DNA of 64,000 bases from Alicyclobacillaceae bacterium. Its GTDB lineage: Bacteria > Bacillota > Bacilli > Kyrpidiales > Kyrpidiaceae. Below, piece after piece: positions 1 through 10,234 of the stretch; within the stretch, counting starts at the first letter, position 1, and every line of letters starts with the position of its first letter. The position numbers and the translations under genes are program-made. The DNA is taken from contig JASBVN010000036.1 of assembly GCA_029961045.1 (NCBI GenBank), positions 6,079-70,078 of the forward strand, written 5' to 3'. The notes below the pieces were generated by a model. It ran no database searches. It was given only the letters and a program-made list of their open reading frames with translations, and was not told the origin of the DNA.

Positions 1-1
1 G

Positions 2-1102
2 AACCAGCCCATTACAATCAACTACACCAGCGGAACCACTTCGCGCCCCAAGGGCGTGATCATGACCCACCGGGGCAACTATCTCAACGCCGCCGACTTC
101 CTCTTCCACTTGCGGGTTTCCCACGAGGATGTTTACCTGCACATCCTACCCATGTTTCATGTGAACGGTTGGGGCGGCGTCTGGGCGATCACCGCCGTAG
201 GAGCCACCCATGTCTGCCTGCGGAAGGTCGATCCCGCCCACATCCTCGAACTGTTTGAGCGAGAAGGCGTCACCCTGGCCTGCGGGGCGCCCACGGTGTT
301 GAATATGCTCGTGCAGGCGCCGAACCTCGACAAGGTTCGCATCACCACCCGTCCGCGCATGGCTACGGCCGGTTCTCCTCCTCCGGCCGCCATTATCGAC
401 CGGGTCCAGCGGCACCTGCATATGGAGGTCATCCACGTCTACGGTATGACGGAAACTTCCCCCTTTATCAGCTACTGCGAGTGGAGAAAGGAATTCGAAC
501 AGCTTCCTCCCGAGCAGCAGGCGACCATTAAGGCGCGCCAAGGGGTCGAAATGGTGTTTAGCGGCGAAATCAAAGTGGTGCGCAAGGACGGCACCGAGGT
601 GGAATGGAACGGCCAGGAGATCGGGGAAATCGTCGCTCGGGGCAATGTGGTCATGGAGGGATACTACAAACAGCCGGAAGAAACGGCCAATACCATCCGC
701 GACGGCTGGCTCCACACCGGTGACCTGGCGGTGGTTCATCCCGACGGCTATATTGAAATCGTCGACCGGCTGAAGGACGTGATCATCTCCGGCGGAGAAA
801 ACGTATCGTCGGTGGAAGTGGAAGGAGTCCTGTTCCAGCATCCCGCTGTGGCGGACGCCGCGGTCGTCGCCAAACCGGACGAAAAGTGGGGCGAGGTTCC
901 GGTGGCTCTGATCGTCGTCAAACCGGGCATGAACGTCACGGCCGAGGAGTTGAACGAGTTCTGCCGCGCTCGGCTGGCCCACTACAAAACGCCGAAGCAA
1001 TACGAGTTTGTGGACGAGCTTCCCCGCACAGCCACCGGAAAACTGCAGAAGTACAAGTTGCGCGAACGGTTCTGGGCCGGGCGGGAGAAACGGGTCCAGT
1101 AG
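2..1102 (+). CDS. AMP-dependent acyl-CoA synthetase/ligase, 5' end cut by the window edge
   Basis: The frame is open from nt 2. NQPITINYTSGTTSRPKGV is the AMP-binding core motif. It is followed by YGMTETS, TGDLAVVHPDGYIEIVDRLKDVIISGGENV and PRTATGKLQKYKLR. Confidence 0.9.
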   Translation, partial: NQPITINYTSGTTSRPKGVIMTHRGNYLNAADFLFHLRVSHEDVYLHILPMFHVNGWGGVWAITAVGATHVCLRKVDPAHILELFEREGVTLACGAPTVLNMLVQAPNLDKVRITTRPRMATAGSPPPAAIIDRVQRHLHMEVIHVYGMTETSPFISYCEWRKEFEQLPPEQQATIKARQGVEMVFSGEIKVVRKDGTEVEWNGQEIGEIVARGNVVMEGYYKQPEETANTIRDGWLHTGDLAVVHPDGYIEIVDRLKDVIISGGENVSSVEVEGVLFQHPAVADAAVVAKPDEKWGEVPVALIVVKPGMNVTAEELNEFCRARLAHYKTPKQYEFVDELPRTATGKLQKYKLRERFWAGREKRVQ

Positions 1103-1240
1103 TCCAAAAGGCGGTGGGACAGCGCCCCCGAACTCGCATGGGCCCTGGGGCACGCCGGAAGATCCGGCGGGGGGACGGCACTGCCGGAGTGAATGCTTCA
1201 AAGGCTTCACCGAGGCAGATGCCGTCCCCTTCAAATTTGC

Positions 1241-1435
1241 TCATCTTTGGGGCCGGTTGTGCTGTTGCCGCTGCAACCACCCGGCCAGATGCAGAACGCG
1301 CTCTTCCAATTCGCGGAACGTCAACCGGCGATTTTCGCAGACAAAAGCTTCTTTATCAGGAGCCCTGTGGGCAGCCCGCCGGGGCAATTCTCCGATGAGA
1401 AGCTGTTGGGACAACGCCAGGCTCGAAGTCGTCAT
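1241..1435 (-). pseudogene. N-terminal remnant (64 codons) of an AMP-dependent ligase
   Basis: The ATG at 1435 is preceded by GAGGAGG directly after the acyl-CoA dehydrogenase stop. MTTSSLALSQQLLIGELPRRAAHRAPDKEAFVCENRRLTFRELEERVLHLAGWL looks like a ligase N-terminus. The frame stops after 64 codons. Confidence 0.45.
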
Positions 1436-1455
1436 GGCCCGTTCCTCCTCGATCG

Positions 1456-2592
1456 CTACAATCCAAGACTCTTGGCAATGATGCTCTTCATGATCTCGTT
1501 GGTGCCGGCGAAGATCGTGTCGACCCGGACGTTCTGATAATGGCGACAAATCGGATACTCCTCCATATAGCCGTAGCCGCCGTGCAATTGCAACACTTGG
1601 GCGGCAACGCGGTTGGTCATTTCCGAAACCCACCATTTGGCCATGGAAACCTTGGTCACCAATTCCCGCCCTTGGATGTGCTCGGCCACCAACCGTTCGA
1701 CAAAGGTCCGGGCGATCTCGATCTCCGTCGCCATCTCCGCCAATTTGAAACTGTTATACTGAAAAGAACCGATGGGTTTGCCGAAAGCTTTCCGCGTCTT
1801 GGCGTATTCCAGCCCTTCTGCAAACATTTTTTCCGCCGCACACAGAGAACCGATCGCCGCCACGAGGCGTTCCTGCTGCAATTTTTCCATAAGATAGTAA
1901 AATCCTTTTCCTTCTTGCCCTAATAAATGGTTTCGGGGAACCCGGCAGTCTTCGAAGACCAGTTCGGCGGTGCCCTCCGTATGGCGGCCCATTTTTTCCA
2001 TTTTCTTGCTTTTTATGAACCCGGGCGTCCCGTCTTCGACGGCGATCAAACTGATGTTGTGGTGGGGCTTCGGCCGGTTGCCCGTCTTACAAGCCACGAC
2101 GACCAAGTCGCAATCCCAGCCGTTGGTGACAAACACCTTTTGACCGTTGAGAATATAGTAGTCTCCTTCTTCAACCGCCGCCGTCTGAATCGCCGCCAGG
2201 TCGGAACCCGCATCGGGCTCGGTCATGGCGATCGCGGTCAGGAGGTCCCCCGAGGCGCAACCCGGCAACCACCGGCGCTTTTGCTCCTCATCGCCGTAAG
2301 AGAACAAATATGGCACCACCACGTCGGAATGGAGAGAGATGGGAATGTCCACATCCGCCCGGGACATTTCCTCCATGATAATGAGAGAATATTCAAACCC
2401 AACTCCGCTGCCCCCGTACTCCTCCGGAAGCCAAGGACACAAAAACCCGTGACGACCGAAGGATTTCCAGATCTCCTTTGGGACCTGTCGCTCCTTCTCC
2501 CATTTCCGGAAATGGGGGACCACTTCTTTGTGCAAAAATTTCCGCAATGATTGGCGGAACATCTCGTGTTCCCGGGTATAGACGATCGTCAT
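1456..2592 (-). CDS. acyl-CoA dehydrogenase
   Basis: MTIVYTREHEMFRQSLRKF... with GSDLAAIQTAA...NGQKVFVTNG and QLHGGYGYMEEYPICRHYQNVRVDTIFAGTNEIM. The upstream 145 codons of the tracked ORF overlap the ligase gene out of frame, so the start was moved to the ATG at 2592. Confidence 0.9.
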   Translation of the reverse strand: MTIVYTREHEMFRQSLRKFLHKEVVPHFRKWEKERQVPKEIWKSFGRHGFLCPWLPEEYGGSGVGFEYSLIIMEEMSRADVDIPISLHSDVVVPYLFSYGDEEQKRRWLPGCASGDLLTAIAMTEPDAGSDLAAIQTAAVEEGDYYILNGQKVFVTNGWDCDLVVVACKTGNRPKPHHNISLIAVEDGTPGFIKSKKMEKMGRHTEGTAELVFEDCRVPRNHLLGQEGKGFYYLMEKLQQERLVAAIGSLCAAEKMFAEGLEYAKTRKAFGKPIGSFQYNSFKLAEMATEIEIARTFVERLVAEHIQGRELVTKVSMAKWWVSEMTNRVAAQVLQLHGGYGYMEEYPICRHYQNVRVDTIFAGTNEIMKSIIAKSLGL

Positions 2593-2630
2593 GGCGCTTT
2601 CCCCCAGACTTTTAAAATTCCCGCTGAACA

Positions 2631-4442
2631 TCAGCTTCTGCCCGGCGCACTGTTCCGGATCTCCCTTTCCCGAAGCACCCGCTTCAAGACCTTTCCGGCG
2701 GCGCTCACCGGAATTTCGTCTACAAACGCCACCTCCCTCAATTTTTTGTACGGTGCCACCCGCTCGTTCACAAAGTTCATCAGGTCTTCGGCCGTCGCCC
2801 GTTCCCCGGCCTTCAACACCACGAACGCTTTGGGGATCTCGCCGACCTCCTGCACCGGTTTTCCGATCACCGCGGCATTTGCCACGGATGGGTGCCGGAA
2901 GAGGATCTCCTCCAGTTCCCGAGGATAGACGTTGTAACCTTTGTAGATTAACATATCTTTCTTGCGGTCGACGATATACACGTACCCGTCTTCGTCCATC
3001 ATCCCGATGTCTCCCGTATACATCCACCCGTCTTTCAACACGGAGGCCGTTTCTTCCGGTTGATTAAAATATCCCCGCATCACTTGAGGCCCCCGGATGC
3101 AAATCTCGCCGACCGCCTTCGGGGGCAACGGATCCCCGCACCCGTCCAACGACACGATTTTGCACTCGGTGTCAAAGACGGGGATGCCCACGCTGCCGGC
3201 TTTCCTCAATCCGCTTCGCCCCGCCGGATTGGAGATCGCTCCCATCGCGAGTTCCGTCATCCCGTACCCCTCCACCACCGTGGCCTCCGGAAAGAACTCC
3301 GTCAAGGCGCGGAAGATTTCCCCGGGAAGGGGCGCAGCTCCGGACGAAATCTGCCGGACGGATCGCAGATCCCGACGGGGGAGATCGGGATGGCGCAACA
3401 GGGCGACAAAGACCGGCGGGGCTCCCCCGATTGTCGTCACCCGCCTCCTCTCCGCCTCTTCCAGATACAAGCCCGGGTCAAAACGCGAGTGCAGAATCAT
3501 TTCGGCTCCGGTCAAAACTGGATGGTTGAGGTATCCGACGGTCCCCATGGCGTGGAACCAAGGCGTGATGTTGATCAGCACTCCTTTCCCGACGGGCACA
3601 CGGTACTCGGCGGATGGGCCGATCAGGGAGGGATCCGCCGGTCTTAACACCAGCCCGCCGTCCTCGACCGCCGGAAGACATCCCGTGCCCCAACAGGCAA
3701 ACTGCAAAGTGTTGACGACGACGTTATAATGGGTCAACATCACGCCTTTGGAACGGCCGGTGGTACCGCCGGTGTAGGCCAAGTGGGCCAAGTCTTCCAG
3801 AGGATCGACGGCCGCAGCCGGAGGACCGGGAGTTTCGTCCAGAACGAGCCGGCCAAAGCTGTACCATTTATTCCCTAGTGCCTCCGCATTCACCGGGCGG
3901 TACGGGGGACCGGCCTCCTCTTCTCCCGTCACCATCACAAAGCGCAACGGCGTGAGGGATTCGACCGACTGAAGGGCAGAGGCAAATCGCTCGTGGGTCA
4001 CGACCGCGGCGGCGCCGCAATCGTTGAGCTGATACGCGAGGTCGTCGGGGGGAAGAAGGGGGTTGACGGGAGAGAAAATCGCACCGCTCATCAGAATGCC
4101 GTAATAAGCTACGGCGTATTGCGGGGTGTTGTGCATGTGTACGGCGACCACATCCCCCTTCCCGATGCCTTTTTTGCGGAGGGCAACGGCAAAACGGAGA
4201 GAATTTTCATACAGTTCTCGGTACGTATGCCGATGGGGACCGTAGACCAATGCGGTTTTGTTCCCAAAGCGAGCCGCACTCCCTTTGATCACCGCCCAGA
4301 CGGGAACCTCTGGATAGGCGATACTCAAAGGCAAACCTTTCGGCCAATGCCGATGCCACAGTCGTTTATCCACTTTTCCCCACCTCTTCGACTCGAACTC
4401 CGGCGGAACCTTTGACAGAGACCTTCCAAACACGCGAACCAT
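2631..4442 (-). CDS. long-chain fatty-acid--CoA ligase
   Basis: YTGGTTGRSKGVMLTH, GYGMTE, TGDIGMMDEDGYVYIVDRKKDMLIYKGYNVYPRELE and SAAGKVLKR. Confidence 0.9.
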   Translation of the reverse strand: MVRVFGRSLSKVPPEFESKRWGKVDKRLWHRHWPKGLPLSIAYPEVPVWAVIKGSAARFGNKTALVYGPHRHTYRELYENSLRFAVALRKKGIGKGDVVAVHMHNTPQYAVAYYGILMSGAIFSPVNPLLPPDDLAYQLNDCGAAAVVTHERFASALQSVESLTPLRFVMVTGEEEAGPPYRPVNAEALGNKWYSFGRLVLDETPGPPAAAVDPLEDLAHLAYTGGTTGRSKGVMLTHYNVVVNTLQFACWGTGCLPAVEDGGLVLRPADPSLIGPSAEYRVPVGKGVLINITPWFHAMGTVGYLNHPVLTGAEMILHSRFDPGLYLEEAERRRVTTIGGAPPVFVALLRHPDLPRRDLRSVRQISSGAAPLPGEIFRALTEFFPEATVVEGYGMTELAMGAISNPAGRSGLRKAGSVGIPVFDTECKIVSLDGCGDPLPPKAVGEICIRGPQVMRGYFNQPEETASVLKDGWMYTGDIGMMDEDGYVYIVDRKKDMLIYKGYNVYPRELEEILFRHPSVANAAVIGKPVQEVGEIPKAFVVLKAGERATAEDLMNFVNERVAPYKKLREVAFVDEIPVSAAGKVLKRVLREREIRNSAPGRS

Positions 4443-4512
4443 TGCACACTCCCCTATATATTCTAGTATAGCATAGAAGCAGACAATACCGAACTATTTG
4501 AAATAAAAAACA

Positions 4513-5286
4513 TCAAGGCGGCCCGCCCGGTGACGGCGGCTGCCCCGGCGAGGGCACCATTCCCGGAACGGTTGCCGGCGGCGGAACGATCCCCGGCATG
4601 CCCCATCCCGGCGGATAAATCGGAAGGCCCCGAGCATCGAAGAAATACTGAGGCACATCGCCGACGAGGACCATATACACCACCGGAACTTTGGTCTCGA
4701 TGTCCACCGGTTCGCGAACGAAGGGCGCGACGATCTGGATTTTAGCCTGGATCTTGATGCTCACCTCCGTAATCGTCTGATTGATTCCCGCCTGGCGTAC
4801 CGCCTGTTCCACCTGGGACTCCGCTGTTCCAAACGGAATCACCGTCACAGGCACCATCGGGCCGAACGCCGAGAAAATCGAACTGTTCATCGCCTGTCCG
4901 ATGGGAATTTCGATTTTTTGAGTCGAGAGACGGTCTACGACGGATTGCACCCGGGCCGTCACGTCCGTTTGAAGGCGAAGCACTTCCCGTTCGTTCAACG
5001 TCGCTCCCAGGATCCGCCCGTTCCGGTCGGTGTGCAGAGACACCAGCCGGTTGTAATCGACATCCCGCTCCAAGGTCTGAATCAAGGCTTGGTTAATGGC
5101 GTCGGCGGCCAGGCGCCGGGCCATGCCTTTGGCCAATTCCACGAAGACCGGCCGCAAGTTGAAATCCAGGGCGTAGAACAAGAGCAAAAAAAATCCGGCT
5201 ACGGCTACCAGCAGCAAAACGGCCGGCCTCCGGCCGGGAAACCGCCGGCGGCGAAAAAGGCGGCGAAAAAACCGTCTGATTGGCAC
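4513..5286 (-). CDS. yunB: sporulation protein YunB
   Basis: Basic N-terminus plus one TM helix, then a YunB-like core (RLAADAINQAL..., EIPIGQAMNSSIFSAFGPMVPV, ITEVSIKIQAKIQIV). The GTG at 5286 lies 5 nt after GGGGAGGGAAAA. Confidence 0.7.
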   Translation of the reverse strand: MPIRRFFRRLFRRRRFPGRRPAVLLLVAVAGFFLLLFYALDFNLRPVFVELAKGMARRLAADAINQALIQTLERDVDYNRLVSLHTDRNGRILGATLNEREVLRLQTDVTARVQSVVDRLSTQKIEIPIGQAMNSSIFSAFGPMVPVTVIPFGTAESQVEQAVRQAGINQTITEVSIKIQAKIQIVAPFVREPVDIETKVPVVYMVLVGDVPQYFFDARGLPIYPPGWGMPGIVPPPATVPGMVPSPGQPPSPGGPP

Positions 5287-5433
5287 GGGTGTTTTCCCTC
5301 CCCGGCCATAGGTATGCGGACAGCCGCCCAAACATGCCGGACGCCGGGGCAACGAAGCCGGCGGATGGCCCAAGAATCGACGAATAGAGCCCGGGTGCCG
5401 TCTACCGGCAAGCCCAGGGGCCCATAAAGAAGC

Positions 5434-6273
5434 TCATCCTTTCAGGCGCACCCCCCGGCCTGTAAACTCCTCCCTCATCTCCCGGGCCCGTTCGGCCGCC
5501 CGCCAGACGGCCTCGCGGACGGCGCCCGCCACATCCCGGCGATCCAGCACCTCCAAACCGGCCATGGTGGTCCCACCGGGAGACGTCACCTGCCGGCGCA
5601 ACTCCGCAGGAGACTCCCCGGTTTCCCGGATCATCTTCGCCGCCCCGTACAAGGTTTGCTCCACCAGAACCTTCGCCGTTTCCTCGTCGAGTCCGGCGGC
5701 TTTTCCGGCCTCCGTCAAGGCCTCGACAATGTAGTACAGGAAGGCAGGCCCGCTCCCCGAGAGGCCCGTAACGGCGTCCAGCCGGTCCTCGGGGACCACG
5801 ACTACCCTCCCCACGGCGCCGAACATCACCCGAGCGATCTCCAAGTGGGATTCCCCCGCGTGGCGGCCGGCGGCCAAAGCCGTGGCCGACTCTCCCACCG
5901 TACAGGAGGTATTGGGCATGGCCCGGACGACCGGAACGGGTCTCCCGATCCGTTCTTCGATCCAATCCGTCGGGATGCCGGCCAGAACGGAGATCACCAG
6001 AGGTTCTCCGGACAGTTGGGCTCGAACCTCCGACAGGGCTTCCGCCGCATCCTTCGGTTTCATCGCCAAAATCAGAACGTTCGACCGGCGGATTAATTCA
6101 TCGCGGGCCGCCCGGCGAACCCCGTACTGGTCGGCCAACCTTGTCAACCTTTCTCCGTTGTTCCGGTTGGCGACCAGGATCTGGTCCGAGCCCACCACGC
6201 CCGCGCGAAGCAACCCCCGGATCATCGCCTCCGCTATGGATCCCGCCCCCAAAAACCCCAGGATACCCCTCAT
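5434..6273 (-). CDS. proC: pyrroline-5-carboxylate reductase
   Basis: MRGILGFLGAGSIAEAM Rossmann start and the TSPGGTTMAGL motif. The ATG at 6273 follows GAGAGGAGAAAGG. Confidence 0.9.
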   Translation of the reverse strand: MRGILGFLGAGSIAEAMIRGLLRAGVVGSDQILVANRNNGERLTRLADQYGVRRAARDELIRRSNVLILAMKPKDAAEALSEVRAQLSGEPLVISVLAGIPTDWIEERIGRPVPVVRAMPNTSCTVGESATALAAGRHAGESHLEIARVMFGAVGRVVVVPEDRLDAVTGLSGSGPAFLYYIVEALTEAGKAAGLDEETAKVLVEQTLYGAAKMIRETGESPAELRRQVTSPGGTTMAGLEVLDRRDVAGAVREAVWRAAERAREMREEFTGRGVRLKG

Positions 6274-6315
6274 AGCCCTTTCTCCTCTCTCTCCTTCGAC
6301 GCTCTTTCGCGAATC

Positions 6316-6348
6316 AAAAAAAACCCTTCCGCCCTGCAGGGACGGAAG
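6316..6348 (-). terminator. rho-independent terminator after trxA
   Basis: The minus strand reads CTTCCGTCCCtgcaGGGCGGAAGgg followed by TTTTTTTT. Confidence 0.7.
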
Positions 6349-6420
6349 AGTCGACTTCCGCGGCACCATTCTTTGCAACCGCTCGGCGCCGTCCGGCCCG
6401 CCTCCGGCCGCCCGACGCTC

Positions 6421-6741
6421 TCAATTCAAATGCGGTTGCAGGGTAGCGGTGAGCTGGGCTTTGTTCTGATAACCGATGACTTGCTCCACCACTTGACCGT
6501 TTTTGAACAGCAGAAGGGTCGGGATGCTCATAATCCCAAACCGGCCCGCCGTGCCGGGATTCTCGTCGACATTGACCTTGACAATCTGGAGTTTGTCCCC
6601 CAAATCCTTTTCCAACTCATCGAGAACCGGTGCCAGCATGCGGCACGGGCCGCACCACGGCGCCCAAAAGTCGACCAGAACCGGACCGGGGACTTGTTCC
6701 ACCTGGGCCGCAAACGTCGCGTCCGTCACTTCTTTGGCCAT
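6421..6741 (-). CDS. trxA: thioredoxin
   Basis: 106 aa with the WCGPC active site ([15 protein letters not shown]). Confidence 0.93.
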   Translation of the reverse strand: MAKEVTDATFAAQVEQVPGPVLVDFWAPWCGPCRMLAPVLDELEKDLGDKLQIVKVNVDENPGTAGRFGIMSIPTLLLFKNGQVVEQVIGYQNKAQLTATLQPHLN

Positions 6742-6813
6742 CTCCTACTCCTCCTTCCAGCGTCCACACCCCGTAGTATACCGCAAACGAGCGGCGCTGC
6801 ACACCCTCGTCCG

Positions 6814-8061
6814 TCACCCGCTGAGCAACAACGACACCGGATTTTGCAACAAACGGATGACGTGGGCCATAAACCGGCCCGACAGGGCGCCGTCGATGAT
6901 CCGGTGGTCGAAGGTAATCGAAAGGGGCATCATATACCGGCCCACCACCCGATCATCGTCCAGAATCACCGGCCGCCGCACCACCCTGCCCGTCGCCAGG
7001 ATCGCCACTTGCGGGTAGTGAATGACGGGCGTTGCGAACATCCCCCCGAAGGACCCGATGTTGCTGATGGTAAACGTTCCCCCTTGCATCTCCCTTGGAG
7101 TCAGCGACCGCGTTCGAGCCTTTTGCTTTAGTTCTTCGATGTCCCTCGCCAACTCCATCAAGCTCTTCCGGTCCGCGTGCCGGATCACCGGCACCACCAA
7201 GCCATCCGGTGCGTCCACCGCAATCCCGATGTGATAGGCCTTTTTTAGGACGATTTCGCCCCGCTGTTCGTCCAGGCTGGCGTTGAAATACGGATAGGCC
7301 CGAAGAGCCGATACGACCGCTTTGACCACGAAGGGAAGATAGGTCAGGCGCACGCCTTCCGCGGCCGCCGCCTCCTCCGCCCGCCGCCGCCACTCCACCA
7401 GATCCGTCACATCCGCCTCGTCCATTCCCGTGACGTGGGGAATCGTAAACTTCGAACGGACCATGTGTTCGGCGATCACCCGGCGCACTCCGCGCAGGGG
7501 AATTCGCTCTTCCGGATCTTCCCCCTCCTCCGGCGCCCTTTGATCCGTCCCCGTCGTTCTGAATCCGGACATCTCCGGGGGAGCCTGGACCGGAGAGGCA
7601 GCCCTCCGGGCAAACGCCCGCACATCCTCTTCGGTCACCCGGCCTTCCGGGCCCGTCCCCGTCACCTGCCCGAGATCCACCCCCAGTTCCCGGGCCAGTC
7701 TCCGGACCGCCGGCGCCGCCTTGACCCGGCTGCGGGCGCCTCCGTCAGAGGGGGCAACCCGCGGTCCTTCCGCTGCCGCCTGCGGGGAGGCCCCCGACGG
7801 GGCCGCCCCGGTGCGGAGAGCCTGTTCCGTCTCGATCTCCACCAACACCGTTCCAACGGGTACGATCTGCCCTTCCGCTCCGTGCAGCTTGACAATCGTG
7901 CCGGCCACCGGGCTGGGGATTTCCACCGTCGCCTTGTCCGTCTGCACTTCCAATAGGATTTGGTCCTGTTCGACCCGGTCCCCTTCCCGCACCCGCCAAC
8001 GGACGATTTCCGCTTCGTGAATTCCTTCTCCCACGTCGGGGAGTTTCCACTGGAAGATCAT
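6814..8061 (-). CDS. 2-oxoacid dehydrogenase E2 (dihydrolipoamide acyltransferase)
   Basis: Lipoyl domain (LLEVQTDKATVEIPSP), E3/E1-binding segment (AAPAVRRLARELGVDL) and catalytic SITFDHRIIDGA. ATG at 8061; an alternative GTG lies at 8064. Confidence 0.9.
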   Translation of the reverse strand: MIFQWKLPDVGEGIHEAEIVRWRVREGDRVEQDQILLEVQTDKATVEIPSPVAGTIVKLHGAEGQIVPVGTVLVEIETEQALRTGAAPSGASPQAAAEGPRVAPSDGGARSRVKAAPAVRRLARELGVDLGQVTGTGPEGRVTEEDVRAFARRAASPVQAPPEMSGFRTTGTDQRAPEEGEDPEERIPLRGVRRVIAEHMVRSKFTIPHVTGMDEADVTDLVEWRRRAEEAAAAEGVRLTYLPFVVKAVVSALRAYPYFNASLDEQRGEIVLKKAYHIGIAVDAPDGLVVPVIRHADRKSLMELARDIEELKQKARTRSLTPREMQGGTFTISNIGSFGGMFATPVIHYPQVAILATGRVVRRPVILDDDRVVGRYMMPLSITFDHRIIDGALSGRFMAHVIRLLQNPVSLLLSG

Positions 8062-8130
8062 CACCGACTTCCCTCCTGAATTCCGGTCCCCGGTGCCTGC
8101 CGGACTCGGGCACCGCAGTCCGCCCCTGGA

Positions 8131-9111
8131 TCAGATGCGCATCGTTTCCTCCACCGCGGCCATTACTCGTTCCACGTCGGGAAGCCAGACATCCTCGATC
8201 GACGGCACGGGATACGGCGTATCGTATCCGGTGACGCGCACCACCGGAGCCTCCAAAGAGAAGAAGGCCCTCTCCTGGATCCGGGCCGCCACTTCGGCTC
8301 CCACTCCGCCGCTGAGCACCGCCTCGTGCACCACCACCGCCCGGCCGGTTTTCTCCACCGAGGCGACAATCGCATCGGTGTCCATCGGCGAGATGGTTCT
8401 CAGATCGATCACTTCGCAGGAGTAACCCCGTTCTTCATCCAGTCGTTTGGCCGCCTGGGCGATCACCGGAACCGTAGGCCCCCATCCGATGAGCGTCACA
8501 TCGGTACCTTCCGCCACCACCCGGGCCTTTCCGATGGGCACCGTATACCAATCCTCCGGCACCTCCGCCCGGAAAGCCCGGTACAATTTAAGGGGCTCGA
8601 AAAACAGCACCGGATCCGGATCTTCAATGGCCGCCAGCAACAACCCTTTGGCATCGTACGGGTTACTGGGCGTCACCACCTTCAACCCGGGAGTATGCAG
8701 GAACAGCGCCTCCAGGCTGTCGGAATGCAGCTCCGGGGTCCGCACGCCTCCCCCGTAGGGCGCCCGGATCACCAAGGGAACGGTGTACTGTCCATAAGAA
8801 CGGAACCGAATTCGCGCCGCCTGGGACGCGATCTGATCCATCGCCTCGTAAATGAAGCCGAGAAACTGAATCTCCGCGATCGGCCGCATCCCGGCCACCG
8901 CCAGCCCCACGGCGGTCCCGACGATGGCCGATTCCGCCAGGGGCGTGTCGACCACCCGGTGCTCGCCGAATCGTTCCTGCAAACCTTCCGAAGCGCGGAA
9001 CACGCCCCCGTTTTTCCCCACATCCTCCCCGAGCAACATGACCCGCTCGTCCCGTTCCATCGCCAGCCGCATCGCATCGTGAATGGCCTGAATGACGGTC
9101 AGCTCTTTCAT
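8131..9111 (-). CDS. 2-oxoacid dehydrogenase E1 beta subunit
   Basis: MKELTVIQAIHDAMRLAMERDERVMLLGEDVG... is typical of the transketolase-like E1 beta family. It overlaps the E1 alpha stop by ATGA. Confidence 0.9.
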   Translation of the reverse strand: MKELTVIQAIHDAMRLAMERDERVMLLGEDVGKNGGVFRASEGLQERFGEHRVVDTPLAESAIVGTAVGLAVAGMRPIAEIQFLGFIYEAMDQIASQAARIRFRSYGQYTVPLVIRAPYGGGVRTPELHSDSLEALFLHTPGLKVVTPSNPYDAKGLLLAAIEDPDPVLFFEPLKLYRAFRAEVPEDWYTVPIGKARVVAEGTDVTLIGWGPTVPVIAQAAKRLDEERGYSCEVIDLRTISPMDTDAIVASVEKTGRAVVVHEAVLSGGVGAEVAARIQERAFFSLEAPVVRVTGYDTPYPVPSIEDVWLPDVERVMAAVEETMRI

Positions 9112-10193
9112 TCCCGACCCTCCCGCCGGTTCATCCGCCGCTCAAAAGCCGCTTTCTGCCGGGCCAAGTCCGGAGGCACCGTCCCGTACACGTGGTCGAA
9201 CACCGAGGCCGGATTCGGTTTCGGATAGGACTCCGCCCGAACCACCGCTTCCTCCACCCGCCGCTTCGCCTCTTCCTGCCAGTGCCGCTCCTCTTCCTCC
9301 GACCACAATCCGCGGGTCTCTAAAAATTTCCGGAACCGGGGAATCGGATCTCGTTCGTCCCGCCATTTCCGCCATTCGGCCTCGTCCCGATAACGGGTCG
9401 GATCGTCGGCGGTGGTATGCGGTCCGAGGCGATAGGTCACCGCTTCGATCAACGTCGGCCCCTCCCCCGCCCGCGCCCGGTCCACCGCCCGTTTCATGGC
9501 GGCGTAAACCGCCAACACGTCGTTCCCGTCCACGAGAACGCCTTCCATCCCGTAGGCCAGCGCCTTTTGGGCGACCGTCGGCGTCGCCATCTGTTTCGTG
9601 AACGGCACACTGATGGCCCAAAAGTTGTTTTGGCAGAAAAACACCACCGGAATGCGGAACACCGCCGCAAAATTCATCGCCTCGTGGAAATCGCCCTGGG
9701 AGGTGGCCCCGTCGCCGAAATACGCCGTCGCAATGCTCCGTTCGCCCCTCAGCCGGCAAGCCCAGCCCGCCCCCACCGCATGCAACAGTTGCGCCGCGAT
9801 GACGATCTGGACCGGAAAAATGCGCCGGTCAGCGGGCGATTTCGTCCCTTCCGGATGACCCATGGTATAAAGCAGGGCCGTCTCCATGGGAAAACCGTGA
9901 AACATCACACCCGCCAATTCGCGGTAGCTGGTAAAAACCCAGTCCTGCGGGTCCAAAGCGGCAAAGCTCCCGATCTGGGCGGCTTCCTGCCCGCTGAAGG
10001 GGGCATAGGTTCCGATCCGCCCCTGGCGCTGGAGATTCAACGCCCGTTGATCGAAAATCCGGGTCAAGACCATCCACCGGTACAACTCTACCAGGCGTTC
10101 GCCGGACAAATCCGGCGCCTCGCCGACCAACGACCCGTCCTCCGCCAGCACCCGGTAGACCGGAACCGGTTCACAGGCGGCATACGTCTTCAT
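9108..10193 (-). CDS. 2-oxoacid dehydrogenase E1 alpha subunit (TPP-dependent)
   Basis: YFGDGATSQGDFHEAMNFAAV is the TPP-binding region. The start ATG at 10193 follows GAAAGGGG; an upstream in-frame ATG at 10238 is possible. Confidence 0.85.
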   Translation of the reverse strand: MKTYAACEPVPVYRVLAEDGSLVGEAPDLSGERLVELYRWMVLTRIFDQRALNLQRQGRIGTYAPFSGQEAAQIGSFAALDPQDWVFTSYRELAGVMFHGFPMETALLYTMGHPEGTKSPADRRIFPVQIVIAAQLLHAVGAGWACRLRGERSIATAYFGDGATSQGDFHEAMNFAAVFRIPVVFFCQNNFWAISVPFTKQMATPTVAQKALAYGMEGVLVDGNDVLAVYAAMKRAVDRARAGEGPTLIEAVTYRLGPHTTADDPTRYRDEAEWRKWRDERDPIPRFRKFLETRGLWSEEEERHWQEEAKRRVEEAVVRAESYPKPNPASVFDHVYGTVPPDLARQKAAFERRMNRREGRE

Positions 10194-10234
10194 CCCTCTT
10201 CGCCCCTTTCTCCAACCTTCGGCAACCGGCCACG

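Noticed and set aside
2-1435. The idea that the plus-strand ligase gene is the inverted remainder of the truncated minus-strand ligase fragment.
   Set aside because: The geometry allows it. However, the plus-strand gene extends beyond the window, and I cannot see whether it lacks its own N-terminus. There is no repeat or junction signature to support it.
1456-3027. A 523-aa version of the acyl-CoA dehydrogenase ORF.
   Set aside because: The N-terminal 145 codons overlap the 3' end of the ligase gene and are Arg/Gly-rich nonsense. The family-typical N-terminus begins at MTIVYTREHE (ATG 2592).
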